Assembly (NCBI GenBank): GCA_963721585.1
Contig: CAVRJN010000009.1
Location: 47,900-111,899, forward strand
DNA length: 64,000 bases
Source: an uncultured Acidimicrobiaceae bacterium
GTDB lineage: Bacteria > Actinomycetota > Acidimicrobiia > Acidimicrobiales > RAAP-2
Direction: 5' to 3'
The position numbers were made by a program, and so were the translations under genes. Numbering within the stretch: the first letter of the stretch is position 1; each line of letters begins with the position of its first letter. Shown piece after piece: positions 55,659 through 64,000 of this stretch. The notes under the pieces were generated by a model. The model saw only the letters and a program-made list of their open reading frames with translations, did no database searches and was not told where the DNA came from.

Positions 55659-56375
55659 TCAGGCCGCGCCGGTGGCGGACTCCGGCTCGCGCAGGGTGTA
55701 GCCGACGAGGCGGATGGTGTGGATGAGCGGCGGACCGAACTTCTCGAGCTTCTTGCGCAGATAGCTGACGTAGGTCTCCACGACATTGCCGTCGCCACCG
55801 AAGTCGTAATGCCAGACGTGGTCGAGGATCTGCGACTTCGAGAGGACGTGACGAGGATTGAGCATGAAGTAACGGAGCAGGTTGAACTCCGTCGCCGTCA
55901 GATTGATGGCGTTGCCGTCACGGCGCACCTCGTGGGCGCTCTCGTCGAGCTCGAGATCCGAAAAACGCAGAACCCCGTCGTCCTCGGGCTCGTAGCCGGT
56001 GCGGCGCAGGATGGCATGCACCCGGGCGATCACCTCGGCCAGCGCGAAGGGCTTCGTCACATAGTCGTCGCCGCCGACGGTGAGGCCGGCCAGCTTGTCC
56101 TGCAGGGTGTCGCGCGCCGTGAGGAAGAGGACCGGCACCCGCAGCCCGTCGGAGCGCAGCCGCCGGGTGACCTCGAGGCCGTCGAGGTCGGGCAGCATGA
56201 CGTCAAGGATCACGAGGTCGGGCGGATCCTCCTGCGCTTGCGCCAGGGCCTTACGCCCGGTCATCGCCTCGTCGACCGTGAAGCCTTCGTAGCGCAGCGA
56301 CGTCGCCACCGCATCGACGATCGAGGGTTCGTCGTCAACCACCAGCACCCGCGGTCCCTTATCGGTCGTTCTCAC
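55659..56375 (-). CDS. OmpR/PhoB-family response regulator
   Basis: RVLVVDDEPSI, DLVILDVMLPDLDG, and a winged-helix C-terminus LTATEFNLLRYF...GYTL. Its stop abuts the kinase GTG. Confidence 0.92.
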   Translation of the reverse strand: MRTTDKGPRVLVVDDEPSIVDAVATSLRYEGFTVDEAMTGRKALAQAQEDPPDLVILDVMLPDLDGLEVTRRLRSDGLRVPVLFLTARDTLQDKLAGLTVGGDDYVTKPFALAEVIARVHAILRRTGYEPEDDGVLRFSDLELDESAHEVRRDGNAINLTATEFNLLRYFMLNPRHVLSKSQILDHVWHYDFGGDGNVVETYVSYLRKKLEKFGPPLIHTIRLVGYTLREPESATGAA

Positions 56376-56463
56376 TTGGCCTTACCTCCCTGGCGCACAG
56401 GTTCGCGCCACGGCTTTTCCATCCAGTGTGACCCCCCTGTGGGCCGCCTGTGAAGGCGGGCGC

Positions 56464-57732
56464 TCAGGCGGGGGCGGCGTCGAGCGCGCGTCGCAGCAGG
56501 TCGAGGGCCGAAATTGCCCCGTACTGGCGGACGCGTTCCCGATCGCCGGGCACCCGCAGTTCGCGGGTCTGCGCCGGGTGGCCGGGGAGATGGAGGCCGA
56601 CGAACACCGTGCCCGGTGCAACGCCTTCCTGGTCGTCGGGACCGGCGACGCCGGTAATGCCAAGCCCGACGTCGGCTCCGGTCACCCGGGCTGCACCCGC
56701 GGCCATGGCCGCCGCGGCCGATTCGGTGACCACCGGTCCGGCGGGCACACCGAGGACATCGAACTTCACCTGTGAGTCGTAGGCCACGACGCCACCGCGG
56801 AACCAGGACGAGGCGCCGGCCACGTTGACGAGACGGGACGCGATGAGACCACCGGTCAGCGACTCGGCGACGCCGAAGGTCCACCCCCGGGCGATGAAAC
56901 GGGCGGCCACCGCGACCTCCATCGACTCGTCGTCGACGCCGAAGACGATGTCGCCGAGGCGACTCTCGATGGCGCGCCGTACCTCGGCGTCCTCCTTGTC
57001 GAGTAGAGCGGTGACGTCCTCGGGCGTGCGGGCCCGGGCGGTGATGCGCACCTTGATCCCCTCGATCCCCGAAGCCAGGAAGGCCAGCGTGACGTCACCG
57101 GTGGCGTCCAGCGCGTCGATGCGGTCCTGGAGGGATTCGGCCAGACCGGACTCACTGGCGCCCCATGTGCGCAGCACACGGCTGGCGATGACGCCGCTCT
57201 CCTCCCCCGACTCGGCCATGCGGGCGCGCAGATCTGGCAGGATGCCGCGTTCGAACATCTCGGACATTTCGTAGGGGACGCCGGGGACCGCGTAGACCAC
57301 CTTGTTGCCGACGGGGCAGATCAAACCGGGCGCAGTGCCGGCAACCTGGGGGATGATGGACGCCCCGCGCGGCACGTCGGCCTGGCGCGCGTTGTTGTCC
57401 GTCATGGTGCGGCCCCGGGCCTCGAAGAAGCTGGCGATGACGTCGACGATCGTCTGGTCGCGCACAAGCGGGACGTTCATGACATCTGCGATGGCCTCGC
57501 GGGTGATGTCGTCCTGGGTGGGCCCGAGCCCGCCGCACATGATGACGCCGTCGCTCCGGGCCAGCGCGGTGCGCAGGGCCAACGTGATGCGGTCGTGGTT
57601 GTCGCCCACCGCCTGGTGGAAATGAGAGGCAACACCATTCGCCGCCAGGTGCTCGCCCAGCCAGGCGGAGTTGGTGTCGGCGATCTGACCCAGGAGCAAT
57701 TCTGTGCCCACCGCGACGATCTCGATTCTCAC
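56464..57732 (-). CDS. cinA: competence/damage-inducible protein CinA (MoCF-binding + nicotinamide-nucleotide amidase domains)
   Basis: GTG start VRIEIVAVGTELLLGQIADTNSAWLGEHL. MCGGLGPTQDDITREA. C-terminal CinA domain ESLTGGLIAS. Confidence 0.85.
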   Translation of the reverse strand: MRIEIVAVGTELLLGQIADTNSAWLGEHLAANGVASHFHQAVGDNHDRITLALRTALARSDGVIMCGGLGPTQDDITREAIADVMNVPLVRDQTIVDVIASFFEARGRTMTDNNARQADVPRGASIIPQVAGTAPGLICPVGNKVVYAVPGVPYEMSEMFERGILPDLRARMAESGEESGVIASRVLRTWGASESGLAESLQDRIDALDATGDVTLAFLASGIEGIKVRITARARTPEDVTALLDKEDAEVRRAIESRLGDIVFGVDDESMEVAVAARFIARGWTFGVAESLTGGLIASRLVNVAGASSWFRGGVVAYDSQVKFDVLGVPAGPVVTESAAAAMAAGAARVTGADVGLGITGVAGPDDQEGVAPGTVFVGLHLPGHPAQTRELRVPGDRERVRQYGAISALDLLRRALDAAPA

Positions 57733-57742
57733 GGAGGCGACC

Positions 57743-58336
57743 TTACGGGGCGGCGGGCCGGTGCAGCGCCTTCCGGCCATCGAGCATGTACTCGGCGCCT
57801 GTGAAGAGCGTCAGCGCGCAGGCGAACCAGATCACGGCAACCTGCAATGTGTGCTGGTGCGCCAACGGCGGGATGATGACCGTGCCGATGGCCAGATCCT
57901 GCACCAGCGTCTTGATCTTGGCCGACTTACGGGCCGGGATGGACACACCACGGCGACCGACCCAGGAGCGGTAGACCTGCATGCCGACCTCGCGGATGGT
58001 GATGAGGATCACCGGCAGCCACGGCAGGTGGCCCTGCGCGCAGAGCGTGAACATGGCGGCCAGGACGCAGGCCTTGTCGGCCAGGGGGTCGAGGAAGGCG
58101 CCCGAGCGGGTCGTGCCATGGCGGCGAGCCATGTAGCCATCGATCCCGTCACTGGCTGCGAGCAGGAAGCCCACGACGACGTTGATCCACGAGGCACCCC
58201 AGGCCACGAGCATCAGCACGTAGACCGGTGCTGCCAAAAGACGGGCCACGGTGACGGCATTGGCCGGCGTGACCAGCGCGCTCGGGCCGAACGTGAACCC
58301 GCTCGGCGAGGTGGGCTCGTGGGTCGCCTCGCTCAC
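57743..58336 (-). CDS. pgsA: CDP-diacylglycerol--glycerol-3-phosphate 3-phosphatidyltransferase
   Basis: CDP-alcohol phosphatidyltransferase motif DGIDGYMARRHGTTRSGAFLDPLADK. GTGA overlap with rimO. Confidence 0.85.
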   Translation of the reverse strand: MSEATHEPTSPSGFTFGPSALVTPANAVTVARLLAAPVYVLMLVAWGASWINVVVGFLLAASDGIDGYMARRHGTTRSGAFLDPLADKACVLAAMFTLCAQGHLPWLPVILITIREVGMQVYRSWVGRRGVSIPARKSAKIKTLVQDLAIGTVIIPPLAHQHTLQVAVIWFACALTLFTGAEYMLDGRKALHRPAAP

Positions 58337-59874
58337 TCTGTCCCAGCTCCCAAGCCAGGTGCGGCGCCCGCGGGGACCGGTTCCCGGCCGGCCGCCGGGT
58401 CGCCATACAGGTCGGGCCCCTCCGCTCCGGTGATGGTGACGTCGAGGAGGCTACCGACCGCCAGGTCGGTGGGCAGGTGCACGATGCCGTCGATCTCGGG
58501 CGCCTCGTGCACGGTGCGGCCCTGGCCGGGCGCGTCGACGAGGACCTGACGGGTGGCGCCGATGAGCACGTCGCGCCTGGCTGCCGTGATGGCGTCTTGG
58601 AGTTCGGCACATTCGCGCAGGCGCTCGAGCGCGAGCGCCGCCGGCACATGCTCCCCGAGCCCGGCACCATGGGTGCCGTCCTCGCGGGAGTAGGGGAAGA
58701 AGCCGGCCCAGTCGAGCTGCGCCGCACTCAGGAATTCGAGCAGGAGATCGTGGTCGCGCTCGGTCTCACCGGGGTAGCCGAGGATGAAGGAGGAGCGGAA
58801 CGTGGCGTTCGGATCAGCTGCCCTGATGTCATCGATGCGACGCAGGAAGCGGTCGCCATCGCCCCAGCGGCGCATGCCGGCGAGCAGTGGACGCGACACG
58901 TGCTGCAGCGAGAGGTCGAAGTACGGCACGCCAGTGGCGATAACGGTCTCGATCAGCTCGTCGGTCAGCCCGGAGGGATAGAGGTAGAGCAGCCGGGTGC
59001 GCTCCACCATGGACGACACGGCGCGTGTGAGCGCCGCAACGGGCGACGGGCCGTTGGCGATGCGGGTGCGGCGGCCCGGTCCCGAACGGTCTCGTCCGTA
59101 GGAAGCGAGATCCTGGGCGACGAGGACGATCTCGCGCAGGACCGGCGCACCGTCGGCGGTGGCACGCAGTGCGTCGACCTCGGCCAACACCTCCTCGGGC
59201 GAACGGGACCGTTGCTTTCCCCGGAACGACGGGATGGCGCAGAACCCACAGATGCGATCGCAGCCCTCGGCCACCTTGACGTAGGCCCAGGGGGCGCGGG
59301 CTGCGGGCCGCGGCAGTTCCAGGAGGTCGAACCCGTTCGTCGCCGGCATCGGGGCGGCGCCGGGGCGACCCACGGTGAGGGTCACGGGGACGGCGCCTGC
59401 CCCGGAGGGGGCAGTGAACGCGGCCCCGGAGGGGGCGGTGAACTCGGCCCCGGAGGGGGCGGTGAGCGCGGCCCCGAAGCCCGCCACGAGGTCGACCTCG
59501 GGGAGGGCGTCGCGCAGCTCGTCGCCGTAGCGCTCGGCCATGCAGCCGGTCACGACCAGGCGGGCACCCGGACTGCGGCGGTCGGCCAGGTTCAAGACGG
59601 TGTCGATCGACTCCTGACGGGCAGCGTCGATGAAGGCACACGTGTTGACCACCACGAGGTCGGCCGCCTCGGCGTCCGGGGCGCGGCGGTAACCCTGGGC
59701 AGCGAGATAGCCCTCGAGCTTGTCGGAATCGACCTGGTTCTTCGGGCACCCCAAGGTCTGCAGCCAGTAGAGGCCCACGCCGTCACACACTCCTCGCACC
59801 AGGCCGAGTCCCGCCGGGGCGACGGCACTCGGCAGGCCCGCCTGAGCGGGCCAACCATCCGGATCGTCCGGCAA
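58333..59874 (-). CDS. rimO: ribosomal protein S12 methylthiotransferase RimO (start uncertain)
   Basis: LQTLGCPKNQVDSDKLEGYL (RimO-type GCPKN), radical-SAM EGCDRICGFCAIPSFRG, and a C-terminal TRAM-like region. Confidence 0.85.
   Translation of the reverse strand: MPDDPDGWPAQAGLPSAVAPAGLGLVRGVCDGVGLYWLQTLGCPKNQVDSDKLEGYLAAQGYRRAPDAEAADLVVVNTCAFIDAARQESIDTVLNLADRRSPGARLVVTGCMAERYGDELRDALPEVDLVAGFGAALTAPSGAEFTAPSGAAFTAPSGAGAVPVTLTVGRPGAAPMPATNGFDLLELPRPAARAPWAYVKVAEGCDRICGFCAIPSFRGKQRSRSPEEVLAEVDALRATADGAPVLREIVLVAQDLASYGRDRSGPGRRTRIANGPSPVAALTRAVSSMVERTRLLYLYPSGLTDELIETVIATGVPYFDLSLQHVSRPLLAGMRRWGDGDRFLRRIDDIRAADPNATFRSSFILGYPGETERDHDLLLEFLSAAQLDWAGFFPYSREDGTHGAGLGEHVPAALALERLRECAELQDAITAARRDVLIGATRQVLVDAPGQGRTVHEAPEIDGIVHLPTDLAVGSLLDVTITGAEGPDLYGDPAAGREPVPAGAAPGLGAGTE
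59400..59471 (-). repeat. 24-nt in-frame tandem repeat x3 inside rimO
   Basis: ccccggagggggcagtgaacgcgg / ccccggagggggcggtgaactcgg / ccccggagggggcggtgagcgcgg, encoding (L/F)TAPSGA(E/A/G) x3, i.e. LTAPSGAEFTAPSGAAFTAPSGAG, between the N-terminal MTTase and radical-SAM domains. Confidence 0.9.
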
Positions 59875-59895
59875 ACCACGTGCCCGACGCCCGAG

Positions 59896-59984
59896 CGGAG
59901 AGGGAGGGATTTGAACCCTCGGACCCGGTTACCCAGGTCAAGTCATTAGCAGTGACTCCGATTCGGCCGCTCTCGCACCTCTCC
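59896..59984 (-). tRNA. tRNA-Ser (anticodon GCU), class II, CCA not encoded
   Basis: Manual fold: GGAGAGG acceptor pairing with CCTCTCC. Anticodon arm AGTCA CTGCTAA TGACT. 7-bp variable arm GACCTGG GTAA CCGGGTC. T arm GAGGG TTCAAAT CCCTC. Discriminator G. Confidence 0.85.
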
Positions 59985-60386
59985 AGCAGGACTTTCGCGG
60001 TTAGAGGGGACCGACTGTCCACAGCCTGCCCCCGGTCGCCTCGCTGAAGCCCGTGCGGGGAAGCCTACGTGAAGGCTGGCCAGGGGTTTGCCAGGTGTGC
60101 GCGTCCGTGCGTCGCGATCCCACCAGGCGGTCCGCCCGCGCCGATTCGATCTCCGGCACCGACATGTGGCCCCGCGTGAGCCGACACCTCTCGCACCCGA
60201 GTCCTTCACGGCGAATTCCGCCGTCACAGCCCGATCGCTTCTCTGACTCTGAAAATCCCACCGATCAGTTCCTCCGTCGCGTGGCAGAGTCCATCACCGT
60301 GCCACAGCAGGCCGACGGGCAGACCGTCTGGCAGGCCGACAAAGGGACATCAGTGTGGACCAAGGCCGAGAGCGGAAGGGAACCCT

Positions 60387-62627
60387 GTGACAGACATCGA
60401 TGAACTGATGACGCGTATGACATTGGAAGAGAAGTGCGCGCAGCTGGGGTGCATGTGGTTCTCGGGGCTACTCGTGGACGGCGACCTCGCCCTGGACCGT
60501 TTGGCCGTGGCCGCGGCTGACGGCATCGGCCAGGTCGGGCGAATCGCCATCGAGGCGGGAGCCGGACCGGAGCGCGTCGCCGAGCTGGGAAATCGCGTGC
60601 AGCGCTATTTCGTGGAGGAGACCAGGCTCGGGATCCCGGCCCTGATCCACGAAGAGTCAACAGGGGGCTTCTGCGCGCGCCAGGCGACACAGTTCCCTCA
60701 GGGCATCAATCTCGCTTCGACGTGGGACCCTGCGTTGGTCGAGCGGGTTGCGGAGGTGATCGGCCGGCAGATGCGCGCCGTGGGTGCTCGCCTGACGTTG
60801 GCGCCGGTACTCGACATCGCCCGCGATCCCCGCTGGGGCCGAGTGGAGGAGACCTACGGCGAAGATCCCGAGCTGACCAGCCGCATGGGCGTCGGCTACG
60901 TGCGCGGGGTGCAATCACAAGGTGTTGCCTCCACCGCCAAACACTTCCTCGGCTACGGGGCGCCGGAGGGGGGATTCAACTGGGGATGGTCCTCCATCGG
61001 TCCCCGCCATCTGCGCGATGTCATTGCCGCTCCCTTCCGCGCCGTGATCAACGAGGCAGGCGTCGGCGCTGTCATGCCGTCGTACAACGAGATCGACGGC
61101 CTGCCTCTTCACGGATCTCCCGAGCTCCTGAACGGGCTTCTCCGTGACGAACTGGGTTTCACTGGAGTCACGGTCGCCGACTACTTCGGGGTCGGCAGCC
61201 TGGAGGACTTCCACCACTGCGCCGGCGACGAAGCCGACGCGGCCCGTCTCGCCTTGCTCGCCGGGCTCGACGTGGAGCTCCCCTCCTATTGGTGCTACCG
61301 GAACCTTCCTGCGTTGGTGAGCTCAGGTGCCGTGCCGCTGGACGCCGTCGATGCTTCCTGTCGTCGGGTGCTGGCGCAGAAGGAGACACTCGGCCTCTTC
61401 GAGCACCCCTACGTCGATGCTGCTGCCGCACCTGCCGTGTTCGACACGGTCGAGGACCGCGCGCTGGCTCGGCAAGCCGCCTCGGCTTCGATCGTGCTCC
61501 TCGCCAACGACGGGGTCCTGCCGCTCCCGGCCGGAGCCCGCATTGCTGTCCTCGGACCGAGCGCGGACGATCCACGCCTGCTGTTGGGTGACTACCACTT
61601 CCCCGCGCACCTGGAACTCCAACATGAAGAGGCGGCGCTCTCTCCGGTGGGGAGCGAGCACACCGCGCTCCCGCCGCAGAACCCGACGCCGACACCGTTG
61701 CAGGCGCTTCGCCAGCGGGTCGACGTCGTCGACGAGGTTGCGCAGGCCGACGTGGCGGTGGTGTTCGTCGGGGGCCGCAGCGGCCTCACCCGTGCGGATA
61801 CGTCCGGTGAGTTCCGCGATACCGCCGACCTCCGGCTCGCCGCTGAGCAGCTCACCCTCATTTCTGAGACGTCCGCCCGTGGAATGCCCGTGGTCGTCGT
61901 GGTCATCGGCGGCCGGGCCCACTCGCTCGACGAGGTCGTCCCGCACGCCAACGCTCTCGTCCTCGGCTGGCTGCCGGGGGAAGAGGGAGGCAACGCCCTG
62001 GCTGACGTTCTCTGCGGTGACGTGGACGCCAGCGGCCGCCTCCCTGTTTCCCTGCTGCACTCCGTCGGCCAGGTCGGGGTGCACTCGGGCGCACACCACG
62101 GCGGTGGACGCAGCATGATTCTGAACGATTACGTCGACACACCGGCGTCGCCGTTGTTCCCTTTCGGGCACGGCCTGTCGTACACCACGTGGGAGCGCAC
62201 CGACCTGGCCGTCGAGGCTGCCACGACGACCGATGATCTGCTGGTTGCCGTCACCGTCACCAACACGGGCGCTCGGTCGGGAATTGACGTCGTCCAGCTC
62301 TTCTTTCGAGACGAGGTCGCCAGCGTCGGCCTCCCCGCGGCGCGGCTGCTCGCTTTCCAACGTGTCGAGTGCGGGCCCGGAGCGTCGGCTCGTCTCACAT
62401 TCCGCGTGCCGGTGGGACGACTGGGGTTCTCGGGCACCGACCTGCGCTACCGCGTGGAGCCCGGTGCATTCACCTTCACCGTCGGGGACCTCAGCCAAAC
62501 CGTGACCCTGGCGGGTGCTGTCGCCTTTCCGAACCGCAACGGGGTTTCGCCGGTGAGCTGCGAGACCTCGCGAGGCCGATTCCGTTTGCTGGGAAAAGGG
62601 GTTGACGGCCTATCACCGATAGGATAA
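60387..62627 (+). CDS. glycoside hydrolase family 3 beta-glucosidase
   Basis: 746 aa. MTLEEKCAQL, GIPALIHEES, LAPVLDIARDPRWGRVEETYGEDP, VMPSYNEIDG, GEEGGNALADVL, and a C-terminal Fn3-like domain (VQLFFRDEVASV). Confidence 0.9.
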   Translation: MTDIDELMTRMTLEEKCAQLGCMWFSGLLVDGDLALDRLAVAAADGIGQVGRIAIEAGAGPERVAELGNRVQRYFVEETRLGIPALIHEESTGGFCARQATQFPQGINLASTWDPALVERVAEVIGRQMRAVGARLTLAPVLDIARDPRWGRVEETYGEDPELTSRMGVGYVRGVQSQGVASTAKHFLGYGAPEGGFNWGWSSIGPRHLRDVIAAPFRAVINEAGVGAVMPSYNEIDGLPLHGSPELLNGLLRDELGFTGVTVADYFGVGSLEDFHHCAGDEADAARLALLAGLDVELPSYWCYRNLPALVSSGAVPLDAVDASCRRVLAQKETLGLFEHPYVDAAAAPAVFDTVEDRALARQAASASIVLLANDGVLPLPAGARIAVLGPSADDPRLLLGDYHFPAHLELQHEEAALSPVGSEHTALPPQNPTPTPLQALRQRVDVVDEVAQADVAVVFVGGRSGLTRADTSGEFRDTADLRLAAEQLTLISETSARGMPVVVVVIGGRAHSLDEVVPHANALVLGWLPGEEGGNALADVLCGDVDASGRLPVSLLHSVGQVGVHSGAHHGGGRSMILNDYVDTPASPLFPFGHGLSYTTWERTDLAVEAATTTDDLLVAVTVTNTGARSGIDVVQLFFRDEVASVGLPAARLLAFQRVECGPGASARLTFRVPVGRLGFSGTDLRYRVEPGAFTFTVGDLSQTVTLAGAVAFPNRNGVSPVSCETSRGRFRLLGKGVDGLSPIG

Positions 62628-62645
62628 TGTCCTATCGGTGATAGG
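62602..62645 (+). promoter_or_regulatory. promoter (TTGACG-17 nt-TAATGT) overlapped by two operator palindromes. Predicted leaderless TetR mRNA.
   Basis: TTGACG 62602-62607, 17-nt spacer, TAATGT 62625-62630. cctatcaccgatagg (62609-62623) and cctatcggtgatagg (62631-62645) are exact reverse complements, and each is itself a 6-3-6 palindrome. The TetR GTG at 62638 lies 8 nt after the -10 element. Confidence 0.6.
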
Positions 62646-63243
62646 AGCGGGTTCGGGAACTTCGTCGGGCACGGTGGCCAAGCGCCGAGAAGCGCGGGTG
62701 GCCGGGATCGTTGACTGCGCATGGAAGCTGGCCCGCGAGCACGGAATATCCGGGGTCTCGTTGCATGCGCTGGCACGCAAGGTCGGGATACGCCAACCAT
62801 CGCTCTACGGGTACTTCGATTCGAAGGATGCCCTTTACGATGCGATGTTCGCCGATGGGAACCGGCAACTCATCGAGCACCTCGACGCGCTCAAGCCGTC
62901 GCGAGATCCGAGGGTCGCGCTCAAGCAATGGCTCAGAACATTCGCCAGGTTCGCCCTGGACGATCCCGCCCGCTACGAGCTGCTCTTTCAAAGACACCTT
63001 CCGGGTTTCACGCCGTCTGCTGCGTCCTACGCGCTGGCCGAGGAAGTTCTCGGCCGCGCGTACAGCCGCATGCGAGCCGCTGGTGTCACACGACAAGCTG
63101 ACATCGACTGCGTCGTCGCCGTCACTGCCGGCATCATCGATGCGCAACTCAGCAACGACCCCGGTGGCACCCGGTGGGTGCGCCATCTCGATCGCCTCGT
63201 CGACTTGCTCGTTGACGATGCCCTCACAAGGAGCCCCCAATGA
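62638..63243 (+). CDS. TetR/AcrR family transcriptional regulator
   Basis: HTH ISGVSLHALARKVGIRQPSLYGYFDSKDALYDAM. Confidence 0.85.
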   Translation: MIGAGSGTSSGTVAKRREARVAGIVDCAWKLAREHGISGVSLHALARKVGIRQPSLYGYFDSKDALYDAMFADGNRQLIEHLDALKPSRDPRVALKQWLRTFARFALDDPARYELLFQRHLPGFTPSAASYALAEEVLGRAYSRMRAAGVTRQADIDCVVAVTAGIIDAQLSNDPGGTRWVRHLDRLVDLLVDDALTRSPQ

Positions 63244-63983
63244 CCACCACACGCAGTATCGAGCGAATCGATCGCCCCGAGGCTCGCCGGCTGGCCGAAG
63301 ACGAGTTCGGGCGATTCGCCGCAGTGACGGCCGCGCTGACCGATGACGAGTGGAGGATGCCGACCGACTGCACCGCCTGGGATGTACGCAAGCTGTCCCT
63401 CCACGTCCTCGGTTCCGCCGACGCCCAGGCCTCCGTGCGCGAGTTCATGCACCAGATGCGCAGAGGGATGCCGCTCAACAAGCAGATCGACTCGCACCAC
63501 TGGGTCGATGGCATGAACGAGCTCCAGATTCGCGAGCGCGAGAAGCTCTCCAACGCCGAGCTCGTCGCCGAACTCATGACGGTCGGACCGAAGGCGGTGA
63601 AGGGCCGCTGGGGTACCCCTCTCCCCATGCGCTACGTGCCAATCCCCTTCGGGCCTCCCGTTGGCTGGGAACCTCTCAAGTACCTCCTCGACGTGGGCTT
63701 CACCCGAGACGTCTGGTGTCACCGCATCGACATTTGCTGCGCAACCGGCCGGCCGATGCAGCCGACCCCCGAGCACGACGGGCGCCTCGTCGCCGACATC
63801 GTCGCCGAATGGGCGTCCATCCACGGTCAGCCTTTCGAGTTGGTCCTCGAAGGACCCGCCGGAGGCAAGTTCGTTCAGGGCTCCGACGGAGAGCAGGTCG
63901 AACTCGATGCGATCGAGTTCGTCCGCACCCTGTCCGGTCGTCTTCCAGGCTCCGGCATCCTCGCCAACCCACTCCCGCTCTAA
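63240..63983 (+). CDS. mycothiol-dependent maleylpyruvate isomerase family (TIGR03083/DinB-like) protein
   Basis: MPTDCTAWDVRKLSLHVLGSADAQ. 4-nt overlap with the TetR gene. Confidence 0.75.
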   Translation: MTTTRSIERIDRPEARRLAEDEFGRFAAVTAALTDDEWRMPTDCTAWDVRKLSLHVLGSADAQASVREFMHQMRRGMPLNKQIDSHHWVDGMNELQIREREKLSNAELVAELMTVGPKAVKGRWGTPLPMRYVPIPFGPPVGWEPLKYLLDVGFTRDVWCHRIDICCATGRPMQPTPEHDGRLVADIVAEWASIHGQPFELVLEGPAGGKFVQGSDGEQVELDAIEFVRTLSGRLPGSGILANPLPL

Positions 63984-64000
63984 GCCACTCCGAAAGGAAA

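Noticed and set aside
58477-59949. 490-aa plus-strand ORF
   Set aside because: It is antisense to rimO and runs into tRNA-Ser. No motifs.
61323-62498. 391-aa minus-strand ORF
   Set aside because: It is antisense to the GH3 beta-glucosidase gene.

Overview
High-GC Actinomycetota-type chromosomal segment. The lineage call rests on mycothiol/DinB-type enzymes, three F420/LLM-type oxidoreductases, a CYP51 cluster collinear with M. tuberculosis Rv0762c-Rv0767c, and recA behind a GAAC-N4-GTTC SOS box. I call about 60 protein genes, tRNA-Lys(UUU) and tRNA-Ser(GCU). There is no rRNA and no CRISPR. Layout: (1) 1-13.3 kb is a visibly lower-GC accessory block. It holds three SAM methyltransferases, a ROK kinase, a deaminase, a MerR-PP2C fusion and two polytopic membrane proteins. 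It ends at the 3' end of tRNA-Lys with an intact ISL3 element (8-bp target duplication) nested in a decayed IS481 copy. (2) 13.4-23.2 kb holds LLM oxidoreductases, a Thr-rich anchored protein, two head-to-head FtsX permease fragments, a hydrolase/small protein/kinase operon, and an NHL protein coupled to a frameshifted Tat-GH78 rhamnosidase. (3) 23.4-27.0 kb is a second AT-richer patch. It carries an orphan 923-aa protein ending in a 2-TM hairpin, tightly followed by a GNAT. This is my best candidate for an undescribed system. (4) 29.2-40.3 kb holds the cyp51/ferredoxin/SDR/P450/TetR operon and a divergent catabolic operon. (5) 40.4-64 kb is core-like: serB, recA, macro-domain protein, two-component system + GT2-GtrA + GT39, cinA, pgsA, rimO, GH3 beta-glucosidase, and a TetR with a clear promoter/operator. 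The window is unusually rich in short tandem repeats (7-, 6-, 11-, 12-, 18-, 23- and 24-nt units), both intergenic and in-frame. Many long ORFs in the track are antisense shadows typical of high-GC DNA and were rejected. All family calls rest on motifs read by eye, since no searches were run.
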